Shown: positions 11,610 through 19,955 of the stretch, piece after piece
How the letters are laid out: each line of letters opens with the position of its first letter
Position numbering within the stretch: position 1 is the stretch's first letter
Assembly (NCBI GenBank): GCA_030141605.1
Contig: JAQGDQ010002397.1
Coordinates: 1 to 38,518 of the forward strand
Source of the DNA: Tubiluchus corallicola
Taxonomy: Eukaryota; Animalia; Priapulida
DNA length: 38,518 nucleotides
Direction of reading: 5' to 3'
Position numbers and translations under genes: made by a program
The notes under the pieces: model-generated
Seen by the model: only the letters and a program-made list of their open reading frames with translations
Told to the model about the DNA's origin: nothing
The model's database searches: none

Positions 11610-11640
11610 ATAAGGGGGAAATTTTCCCCCTTATTTTTTT
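11610..11640 (+). terminator. Intrinsic terminator between convergent frdB and the dehydratase gene
   Basis: ataagggggaaa/tttcccccttat inverted repeat followed by a T-run. Confidence 0.85.
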
Positions 11641-11643
11641 GTG

Positions 11644-13781
11644 CTAAATTTTCTTGATGGCTCTTGCATCCACTTCCAATGGAACCACTCCGGTCTCGGA
11701 GCTCGTCACATACTCCAAGAGATTTGAGGCTGCTATCTCGTATCGCCTTTCTGACATTGCGATTTTGCGACTCTTGAGGATCTCTTCTCGCGACGAAAAA
11801 TACAGATCATCTACATTCACAACCTCTCCCCTTAGGAGGCTCTTTCTATCCACAAGATTTAAACTACCCGTATCCAACGACAGATGTAAAATATCTCCGT
11901 CGATCAGTTTACCAATATTTCCGCCTTTGTATGCTTCTGGAGTAACGTGCCCGATACATGGTCCCTTAGTCACTCCGGAATACCTTCCGTCCGTAATCAG
12001 TAGTGAAGAACTCTCCAGAGCAGAATGATGCCTCAACGCTTGAGATGGGGAAACATTTCAGGTATACCGTAAGCCGCTGGCCCCTGCCCCCCTATCACGA
12101 ACGCAAAACAGAGCCTGCCGCTTTGAACCATCTCTGAGAAGCTTCCACGTTCTACCCCGCCATTCATCCTGAAGACTGCTGAGATAAGTTTTTCATCAAC
12201 CCCCTCCATCTTTTCCAAGGTATCAAACAGACGAACAGATGAAAAGTCTTCAATACAGCTCCTCTCATTCTCAAAATAACGAACGATGTAAAACTTGTCG
12301 TTGACATGATCGTACTGCTCTGTAGTCATCCCAGATACCTTCACAACAGCGGAACTAAAGAGATTGCCATTCAAAACATCAACGCCGGAAATATCCCTCA
12401 CGGGCACTGTTCTGATAACGGCTCTATCCTTCAGGGTTTCGTCATCATGCACCGACCTTATCCTTTCTCCCCAGTTCTTCCCGATGACTGTAGGGGCTTG
12501 TAAGTCCATCTGTACGCCCAACTTCGCAAGGATTGCATATATGCTCTCCATTCCTCTGGTTTGCCCCTTTGCAAACTGCTGTGCTAGGGTATACGTATCT
12601 CTATCTTCCGTCAGACTGTGGGCAAATATCTCCGGCACCGGGGTTTTTGCCTTTATCTCTGCATAATCTTTTATAGATACGTCAAATCCTGCATACCTCA
12701 TCATAGCAGGCAGATGTAGAAGCATATTTGTAGAGCTACCGGTGGTGTTATGAACCCTCACAACATTTGCAAAATTCTCCTTCAGTATATTTGTAATCCT
12801 GTATTCTTCCCTATTCACGAGGCGAAACAGACTATCAACGCACGAGTTTACAACATCTTCACAAGGAGCATCCATCAGTAGTTCCCCTTCAGGCGGGGTA
12901 AGACCGAATGCCGACACCATGGTCCTGGAGGAGTTTCCGGTTCCATTAAAAGCACACACTCCACCCTTTGCATCACAAGTATTTGCAGCCAGTGCATTCA
13001 ATATCTCCCTCTTTTCATCAAGGCTGATGAAGTTGTGAGCTTCCGCCCTTTTCAATATACTTGCAAAGGCGTCATCGCTCGAACATTGCAAAATATGTCG
13101 CAAATTATTATTTATGTCATCTGCAATCTCAGGGACACCTCCAGCTTTAGCCTTTTCTCCCACTTTTAGCAGCTTATCAGCAACATCTTTTGGCACAACC
13201 CCGCCCTTCAATACATGGGATGGGACAAATACTGCCCAAACCGGGGCTTGCCCCCTCACACCTCTTGCGACATCAGCTGCCCCAAGGCCCGATATTATTC
13301 CGGATGGAGACTTGTCACAACCACTCAAGACGTACGCTCCGTGGTAACTGTGCCCTTCAAACGTGATATTAACCGCTGACGCGGTGTGATTTCTGGACGA
13401 AAGGGAATAGCTCTGACCGATATTACTCTGGGCAGTGCCGTCACAAATTATCGGTATGGAGAAGGAGAACGGTACTCCGCCATTTTCCCATATTCTTAAC
13501 GCAGCCCTGTATATATGCTCTTCATCCAAGAGATGGGCGGGATGATCGATGGAACCCCCGATTATGCATATCCTCGGCCGATTAGCTACCAATCTCTCTA
13601 TGATGCTGGCTTGGGACAGATTCTCTATGCGGCAAGACAGCGCTTCTGCCGATTTATTGAGGAGCATCAGTACACATATCGGCTCATTTGCCAAACCTTG
13701 GATACACTTCTCATACGGGTTGTAATCCTCCTTCACGAACAGATTAGAAAATTCCGAATTAATATCGCCTATAACCTTCAT
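11644..13781 (-). CDS. IlvD/Edd-family Fe-S dehydratase, divergent (apparent frameshift near 12050)
   Basis: [39 protein letters not shown]; the second ORF has LITDGRYSG and CIGHVTPEA. Joined reading [16 protein letters not shown]. Confidence 0.85.
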
Positions 13782-13880
13782 GCAACTCCTCCAAACATTT
13801 TATTCAACAATGCCGTAGACTAACATAGTCAAATAACCAGAGCAAGAAGAGACCGCATTTGCTACAATGACCAGAAACGG

Positions 13881-13909
13881 TTGCAATATATCAAGAATTG
13901 CTGTATAAT
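13881..13909 (+). promoter_or_regulatory. Near-consensus sigma70 promoter upstream of the tail-fibre gene
   Basis: TTGCAA (13881-13886), 17-nt spacer, TATAAT (13904-13909). Confidence 0.7.
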
Positions 13910-13924
13910 ATGCCCATATTTTCC

Positions 13925-13963
13925 AAAGAGTGTGCGGTTGCCACCGCATCTTTATCTTCTTTA
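13925..13963 (+). terminator. Terminator/attenuator-like hairpin in the tail-fibre leader
   Basis: tgcggt-tgcc-accgca stem (13933-13948), extendable by aaaga/tcttt, followed by tctttatcttcttt. Confidence 0.45.
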
Positions 13964-14097
13964 TATAAATTGTTTAAAGACAGTAGCTTCCAGACTATCC
14001 AGCTGAGCTTGTGTCTATCCGTATCGAACAGATGTCAAACAACTTCGTGCAGTCATCTCTTGCGTGTATATCAATAAAATATAAGGAGCTTAAAGTT

Positions 14098-15078
14098 ATG
14101 AACAGACCTATCATCCAACATGTATGGGCATCAAGCAAAAGTGCCGACAAAGAAGTGCCAACATTTCCCCAAACAGAGGGGTGGGGTAGCACATTCTCCC
14201 AAGTAGGGGGAGATAAGCCGAAGAGGACGACCTTTAACTACCTATTCAACATACTGACGGATGTTGCAAAACATATCTCTGTAAATGGCATCCCGACCTG
14301 GAGCAATCTGGAAGATTACGTCATAGGATCTTATGCAAAGAGTGAGGTCAACTTTGGCGTCTACAGAAATATCACCGGGGAAAATTCCGAAAAAGATCCC
14401 GCAAATGATGCCTTGAATTGGGTTATGGAGGATTTTGAACAACCGGGCATGGTGAAGACATTTGCAGGCTTATCGAGCCCAAGAGGATATCTGTACTGCG
14501 ATGGTTCGGAAATCGACCGGATAACATACGCCAGACTGTACGCAGCAATAGGGGATACTTGGGGGGCAGGAGATAATGAAACGACATTCAACCTGCCGGA
14601 CTTGCGGAGTGAAAAAGGGGTGCTCGGAGGGGATGGATCCATATCATTGGGTCAGAGATACGGTGGAGATAACAGATCACATACCCATGGCAACAGCAGC
14701 CACAGCCACAACATGGGGTCGCATAGTCACAGCGTCTCTTCCCATAAACACAGCCTTGGCAGCCATACGCACACTATGTTTGCTGCTGAGCCGGAGTTTC
14801 ATTATAGTCGCGGCGCTTGGCGGCCATACGATATCAAAAGTGGAAGCAATGTCTCTAGCTATTATGATGGTCATGGTACCAAATATTACCTAGTCGTTGG
14901 CAAACAAGGTCCTGTATATGGCAAAACGGGATCAGCCAGCGGCTACACGGGTTCAACCTCGCCTAGCACAAGCTCTAAAAGCCTAGGCACATATTCCAGC
15001 TCCATCAGCATAAGTAGCAGCGGCGGTGCTGAGAACCTCCCCGCCTATACCGCCGTGAAATATTTCATCAAGTTCTAA
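14098..15078 (+). CDS. Phage tail fibre protein with tail-collar domain and HxH metal-binding needle
   Basis: Collar motif PGMVKTFAG...PRGYLYCDGSEIDRITYARLYAAIGDTWGAGDNETTFNLPDLR; five SHxH repeats; C-terminal ENLPAYTAVKYFIKF; N-terminal W..GW..P..FN..GIPTW motif seen in phage tail proteins. SD taaggag before ATG 14098. Confidence 0.9.
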   Translation: MNRPIIQHVWASSKSADKEVPTFPQTEGWGSTFSQVGGDKPKRTTFNYLFNILTDVAKHISVNGIPTWSNLEDYVIGSYAKSEVNFGVYRNITGENSEKDPANDALNWVMEDFEQPGMVKTFAGLSSPRGYLYCDGSEIDRITYARLYAAIGDTWGAGDNETTFNLPDLRSEKGVLGGDGSISLGQRYGGDNRSHTHGNSSHSHNMGSHSHSVSSHKHSLGSHTHTMFAAEPEFHYSRGAWRPYDIKSGSNVSSYYDGHGTKYYLVVGKQGPVYGKTGSASGYTGSTSPSTSSKSLGTYSSSISISSSGGAENLPAYTAVKYFIKF

Positions 15079-15186
15079 CGAAGCTGATCGCTCAAGACCT
15101 TAACCATATGAGGACAGATCTTCTCTTCATACGAAGGACGTACGACAATCCCATATTTAGAAACGAAAGAAGGGGCAAAAAACGGA

Positions 15187-15271
15187 TGCCCGAAGCCGGA
15201 CTCGAACCGGCACGCCACATAGTAGCAAGGGATTTTAAGTCCCTAGTGTCTACCAATTCCACCACCCGGGC
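15187..15271 (-). tRNA. tRNA-Leu (TAA)
   Basis: GCCCGGGTGGTGGAATTGGTAGACAC...AGGGA-CT-TAA-AA-TCCCT, long variable arm, GGTTCGAGTCC, ending TTCGGGCA. Confidence 0.97.
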
Positions 15272-15384
15272 ATATTGAAACCTCGGAGAAACTAGCACAA
15301 AATTACGGAAAATGTCAAGTACATCTACATCTCCTAATGGCAAAAATGTATGAGCACACTCAAACACCGCCCATAGGCTCGCGT

Positions 15385-15454
15385 TTCTCAAAGGGTATGT
15401 AATGTTAGAGCTAATAGAGGGGAGCGGATGCTTCCCTCTATCTACTTTTGAGAA
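15385..15454. other. Long intergenic nested inverted repeat
   Basis: Outer stem ttctcaaagg/cttttgagaa, inner stem atagaggggagc-ggat-gcttccctctat (15414-15441). Confidence 0.6.
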
Positions 15455-15603
15455 GTATCAAGATCCAGCATCACAAAAAATGAACAAAAAATAGAAAAAA
15501 ATGTCTTACTGTATTACAATGGTGTTCGGATGTTGTGATGGGTTGAGCCGTTTTACACGGTAGTCCACTGCATCTGTAAATGCAAAGTGGTAATGTAAAA
15601 TTT

Positions 15604-16845
15604 ATGAAAAAATTGATAGCAGCGCTGGTCTTGACAAGTCTGCTTAGCAAGGCAAGTTTTGCGGTAAGCATATCGGAAGCGATAAGGGATGCAAAAGAGA
15701 ATTATCCGAACTACATCAAAGAGACGAACCGCGTAGAAGCGGCAAACTACCGGTATAAAGGTGCCTACTCAACCCTTTATCCGAGCGTGGATGTGGCACT
15801 AAATAGCAGCAAGACCTTTGCTGAGAGCCCAAACTCCACAACCACCTCATCATCCATAACGCTGTCAGCATCCTTAAAGATATTTGACGGCACCTACACC
15901 TACTACAATATAAAACAGAAAAAGGAAGAGCTGCACATAAGTGAAATAGAGTTTTTGTCAGCCCTTTTAGACCTTGAGAAGAATGTTGCAACCTCCTATT
16001 ACGCAGCTTTGAGGGATCGCTTCATCTACGAGAGCTATCTTACGATGAGGGATAATGCAAACTCAACGTATGATTACACAAAGGCAAAGTATGAAGCCGG
16101 CGGAATAAACAAGACTGACCTTCTTCAAGCGCAAGTCAACTTCACAGAGACTGTAGCGAGCCTTGCTGATGCTAAGGCAAACTATATAAACAGCCTCTCC
16201 ACATTGTCAAAATACACGGGCGTAGAGTATCTGATAGAAGAATCTTTTGAAGATGACTTTATGGATATTGAGTTTGACAATCTCTCAACGTATGTGGAGA
16301 TGGCTAAAAACGGAAACACAAGCATATTGAAGGCAAAATCGAATAAAGATGTCGCAAACTTGGGGATAAAAACGGCATACAGCACATATTATCCCAAAGT
16401 AACCCTGGATGCATCTACCGGCAGATATTATTCTGATGAAAACGACTACAACAATTCAAGAATAGGGGTCAATTTTACGTGGAATGCCTTTTCAGGCTTT
16501 AATAATTCAAACAATGTAAAGTCCGCAAAGGAGAACTACTACTATTACACCCATGAAAACCTTGCCGCAACGAATGAAGTTTATACACAACTAAAGATCA
16601 CCCATAGCAATCTGGTCTCCCTGAAATCAAAGTTAGAATCGCTAAACTCACTGTTGCTATTCACCGAAAACAGCTACAATCTCACCATGACTCTATACCA
16701 GGAGGGCGGTGCAACATTCACCGAAGTGACAAGCAGCAGAGACAAAATGGAGGAAGCGATAATATCCTACAACAATACGAAATACCAAATTATGAAAAAC
16801 TATCTTGAGTTGTTAAACCTCACCGGAGAAAAACTAAATTTATGA
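15604..16845 (+). CDS. TolC-family outer membrane efflux protein
   Basis: Signal peptide; duplicated OEP halves (LYPSVDV / YYPKVTL; KYEAGGINKTDLLQAQV / LYQEGGATFTEV). Confidence 0.9.
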   Translation: MKKLIAALVLTSLLSKASFAVSISEAIRDAKENYPNYIKETNRVEAANYRYKGAYSTLYPSVDVALNSSKTFAESPNSTTTSSSITLSASLKIFDGTYTYYNIKQKKEELHISEIEFLSALLDLEKNVATSYYAALRDRFIYESYLTMRDNANSTYDYTKAKYEAGGINKTDLLQAQVNFTETVASLADAKANYINSLSTLSKYTGVEYLIEESFEDDFMDIEFDNLSTYVEMAKNGNTSILKAKSNKDVANLGIKTAYSTYYPKVTLDASTGRYYSDENDYNNSRIGVNFTWNAFSGFNNSNNVKSAKENYYYYTHENLAATNEVYTQLKITHSNLVSLKSKLESLNSLLLFTENSYNLTMTLYQEGGATFTEVTSSRDKMEEAIISYNNTKYQIMKNYLELLNLTGEKLNL

Positions 16846-18065
16846 AAAAAAAGATAATTATATCGGTAACTTCGATAATTGTAATAATATTTGCCTATCA
16901 GTATTTCAAACCGAGCAATGATAACCAGACAGTCATCATCGATACGACAAAACCCATCAGCACCACAATAACCTCATACTTGAGGGCAACCGGGGTAATA
17001 CAGCCCCAGACCGGCGCCCAAATAGTTATAGCCTCCCAGATCTCGGGGCAGATAGAGCGACTGTATCCGAAGATAAATGAGCAGGTAAGCAAAGGGGATA
17101 TCCTGGTGAAGATCGACTCCAGATATCTGGAGCAAAGCATTGCAAAAATAGAAGAGGACATAAAGAAGACCCAGTATGAAATAGAGAGGGAAAAGCTGCT
17201 ATTTCCCGTGGAGCTCAAGGCGATGGAGCTGGAAGCAGAAAGCTTAAGTGCGGGCGCAGATTATCTGAAGGAAAAATATCATAGGGAAGAGGTCTTATTC
17301 GATAAAAATTTCTCCAATGAAGATGCTTTAGAGAAAAGCCGGTATGAATATATTTCAGCGAAGAACAATTATGAAAAAGCGTTGCTAGATATTGACAAAA
17401 GAAAGACGCAAAACAGATCCACCATAGACACCCTGACAACTATCCTCAACAGAGCAAAAGCGGAGAAGGAGGGGTATATTGTGGAGTTATCCTACACAAC
17501 TCTCTACGCCCCCATGGACGGCAATGTAATAGAGATAAGCAACGATGAAGGGGAGACGGTAATAGGCGACGGCAAAAATGAAATTATGACTATATTTGAC
17601 CCAAAGCGTCTTGATTTGCAGGTATACATAGATGAGACAGACATAGGCAAGGTCTCACGAGATATGGATGTGGAATATACGGTCAGCACCTACGACAAGC
17701 ATATCTTCAAAGGAAAGATCGGTTCCATAAACATAAAGCCGTTGTCAAAAGATGGTGTCATATATTACACGGGTATCGTCACCGTTAATGAAGAATTCAC
17801 TGATATGCTACGTCCTGAGATGACAGCTCACGTCAAGATAATCACCGACGAAAAAGATGTCGATATCGCCATACCAAACAGTGCGTTAAAGATATCTGAA
17901 GGTGCAGAAGTTGTGTACAAAGTCCTGGATCAGAACAAAAATTTGGTAGAAAAGATAGAGATAGAGACGGGAATCCGCGGGGAGAGGTATGTCGAGATTT
18001 TAAATGGGATAGATAAGGATGATCTGATCGCCACAAAAATTCTTCTGCCGTTAGAGCAAAAATAA
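16842..18065 (+). CDS. MacA-like membrane fusion protein
   Basis: N-terminal TM; ATGVIQP..IASQISGQI, coiled-coil hairpin, LYAPMDGNV, VYIDETDIG, LRPEMTA, IPNSAL. Confidence 0.9.
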   Translation: MKKKIIISVTSIIVIIFAYQYFKPSNDNQTVIIDTTKPISTTITSYLRATGVIQPQTGAQIVIASQISGQIERLYPKINEQVSKGDILVKIDSRYLEQSIAKIEEDIKKTQYEIEREKLLFPVELKAMELEAESLSAGADYLKEKYHREEVLFDKNFSNEDALEKSRYEYISAKNNYEKALLDIDKRKTQNRSTIDTLTTILNRAKAEKEGYIVELSYTTLYAPMDGNVIEISNDEGETVIGDGKNEIMTIFDPKRLDLQVYIDETDIGKVSRDMDVEYTVSTYDKHIFKGKIGSINIKPLSKDGVIYYTGIVTVNEEFTDMLRPEMTAHVKIITDEKDVDIAIPNSALKISEGAEVVYKVLDQNKNLVEKIEIETGIRGERYVEILNGIDKDDLIATKILLPLEQK

Positions 18066-18736
18066 TGAAAACTATAATAAAGCTCTACGATATTTGTAAG
18101 ACTTACTACACGGATGAAAGCAGCATTGATGTGTTAAAAAATGTTACCATGGAGGTGCATAAAGGCGACTTTATTGCGCTAATGGGAGTTTCAGGGAGCG
18201 GCAAAACCACTTTGATGAACATTTTGGGCTTTTTAGACACTCCAACTTCCGGAAAATTTTATTTCAACGACATAGACGTATCAAATATGCAAGACAGAGA
18301 ACTGTCCAGTTTGCGAAATTCAAATATTGGCTTCATTTTTCAGAGTTTTTATCTCATCTCTTATGCGACAGTTTTGGAGAATGTGTTATTGCCAATAGTA
18401 TATTCCGGTAAAGATGTGGCAAATTATCGATCAAAAGCGATGGGGTTGTTAGAAAAATTTGAATTATTAGAAAAAAAGAATAATAAACCGAACCAACTAT
18501 CCGGCGGTCAGCAGCAGAGGATAGCAATAGCAAGGGCATTGATCAACGATCCGGAAGTAATTTTAGCCGATGAGCCAACAGGGCAGCTGGATACGGATAC
18601 GTCAAAAACGATAATGAATTACATTACATCCCTCAATAAAGAGGGGAAAACGATAATAATAGTGACACACGACGACGACACTGCCAATTTTGCAAAAAAT
18701 ATTGTGCGGATTGTGGATGGTAAGATACTCAGATAG
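18065..18736 (+). CDS. MacB/LolD-type ABC transporter ATP-binding protein
   Basis: Walker A GVSGSGKT, GFIFQ, signature LSGGQQQR, Walker B ILADEPTG, VTH; no TM domain. Confidence 0.95.
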   Translation: MKTIIKLYDICKTYYTDESSIDVLKNVTMEVHKGDFIALMGVSGSGKTTLMNILGFLDTPTSGKFYFNDIDVSNMQDRELSSLRNSNIGFIFQSFYLISYATVLENVLLPIVYSGKDVANYRSKAMGLLEKFELLEKKNNKPNQLSGGQQQRIAIARALINDPEVILADEPTGQLDTDTSKTIMNYITSLNKEGKTIIIVTHDDDTANFAKNIVRIVDGKILR

Positions 18737-18763
18737 CTAAGTAGTAATTATTTTAAATTTAAG

Positions 18764-18791
18764 TTTACAACGAAAAAATAAGTTTTATAAT
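18764..18791 (+). promoter_or_regulatory. Putative sigma70 promoter of tRNA-Ala
   Basis: TTTACA, 16-nt spacer, TATAAT, about 20 nt before the tRNA. Confidence 0.55.
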
Positions 18792-18811
18792 AATGTCGTG
18801 TGGGTATGCAC

Positions 18812-18884
18812 GGGGCCATAGCTCAGCTGGGAGAGCGCAACACTGGCAGTGTTGAGGTCAGGGGTTCGATCCCCCTTGGCTCCA
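18812..18884 (+). tRNA. tRNA-Ala (GGC)
   Basis: GGGGCCATAGCTCAGCTGGGAGAGC; anticodon arm CAACA-CT-GGC-AG-TGTTG; GGTTCGATCC; G3-U70 pair. Confidence 0.97.
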
Positions 18885-18970
18885 TTAGTGTAAACTTTGA
18901 CTTTATATTTAGGAGATTCTGTCCACCAGGTTTTTTTGGAAAAATCATTTACCGGGAGGTACATATTGAG

Positions 18971-19828
18971 ATGTTGCGTTATCTGTTTATAATTATGCTA
19001 CTGACATTATCCGTGGCCATTTACTCTTGCCAGTCTTCAAAAGGGGAAGAGGCTCCCCAGGAAGAAGCTAACGCCCAAGAAGTTACGATTGACTTTGAGG
19101 ACATGATCATGCTGGGGGCAAGTGATGCGTCACTGGAAGAGGAGGGCGACTCCTGTGCCACGCCTTTAAGCGACGTGGGTAAAGACGCCGATATGGTAGA
19201 TCAAAGCTTGTATGGTATCCAAGCCGACCAAGAGCTGGTCGCTCAGAATGAGAACCTGCAGCAGCTTGTGGGAGAACAAGAGGCAGAGCTTGCATACAAA
19301 AGCTCCCAAATAGATACCCTCAACAAAAGAGTTGAGACTCTGACAGATGAAAATACGTCTTTGAAGAAGCAAAACGAACAATATGTGGATGAAGTAGCAG
19401 AGCTCACCTTGACTGTAAGCTATCAGGATGCACTACTGACATCTTTAGGAGATAGGGTAGAGTCTTTGAAGAAGAGCCTTATACTGTTCTTCGTACTGCT
19501 CCTCATATTGGTAGCGGTATCGGTATATCTGCTGCTCAAGTCCATCAGGAGCAAGACAGACGAGATCGACTCATCAAAGGATGTGACAGCAGTAGATGAT
19601 GATAATAAGAGCGAAACCGCCCCTGCTGAAGAGGAGAGTGTTGCTGACACAGAAGCTTCAAAAGAGGTTATGATATCTCCTCCGGAAGACACCGGTCAAG
19701 CTACAGAAGAGAGCGAGGAAGAAGCCGTTGAAGAGAGTGAGGAAAGTGCAAAAGAGGGCGAGGAAGGTGAAGAGCAGAAACCTCAGCCAAAGAGAAGAGG
19801 TCGCCCACCCAAAAAGGTTGACCAGTAA
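18971..19828 (+). CDS. Hypothetical membrane protein: signal/lipobox, coiled coil, TM helix, acidic tail, C-terminal AT-hook
   Basis: MLRYLFIIMLLTLSVAIYSC; heptad region QNENLQQL...VESLKK; TM LILFFVLLLILVAVSVYLLL; E-rich tail; KPQPKRRGRPPKK. SD ggaggt before ATG 18971. Confidence 0.8.
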   Translation: MLRYLFIIMLLTLSVAIYSCQSSKGEEAPQEEANAQEVTIDFEDMIMLGASDASLEEEGDSCATPLSDVGKDADMVDQSLYGIQADQELVAQNENLQQLVGEQEAELAYKSSQIDTLNKRVETLTDENTSLKKQNEQYVDEVAELTLTVSYQDALLTSLGDRVESLKKSLILFFVLLLILVAVSVYLLLKSIRSKTDEIDSSKDVTAVDDDNKSETAPAEEESVADTEASKEVMISPPEDTGQATEESEEEAVEESEESAKEGEEGEEQKPQPKRRGRPPKKVDQ

Positions 19829-19850
19829 GAAATATTGGTAATTATATCTT

Positions 19851-19886
19851 GGGGAAGACTTAAGTAAACAGGGTCTTCCCCTTTTT
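19851..19886 (+). terminator. Rho-independent terminator
   Basis: ggggaagact...ggtcttcccc stem followed by ttttt. Confidence 0.8.
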
Positions 19887-19955
19887 AACGTTATCTGTGG
19901 ATTGTCAGTGACGATAAGTTTACTGATGTCCGCAGAGGTTTGAGTTGGAGTTTTT

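Noticed and set aside
14760-15078. Diversity-generating retroelement target in the fibre or pilin C-terminus
   Set aside because: No reverse transcriptase and no template repeat differing at adenines is visible in the window.
13800-15271. Prophage or integrative element at tRNA-Leu
   Set aside because: No integrase, no second phage gene and no duplicated tRNA 3' end found by eye (only tgccc at 13911).
15092-15391. 99-aa minus-strand ORF
   Set aside because: Reads through tRNA-Leu; spurious.
18800-18970. N-terminal 57 aa of the 342-aa ORF
   Set aside because: Overlaps tRNA-Ala; the real start is ATG 18971 with SD ggaggt and a signal peptide.
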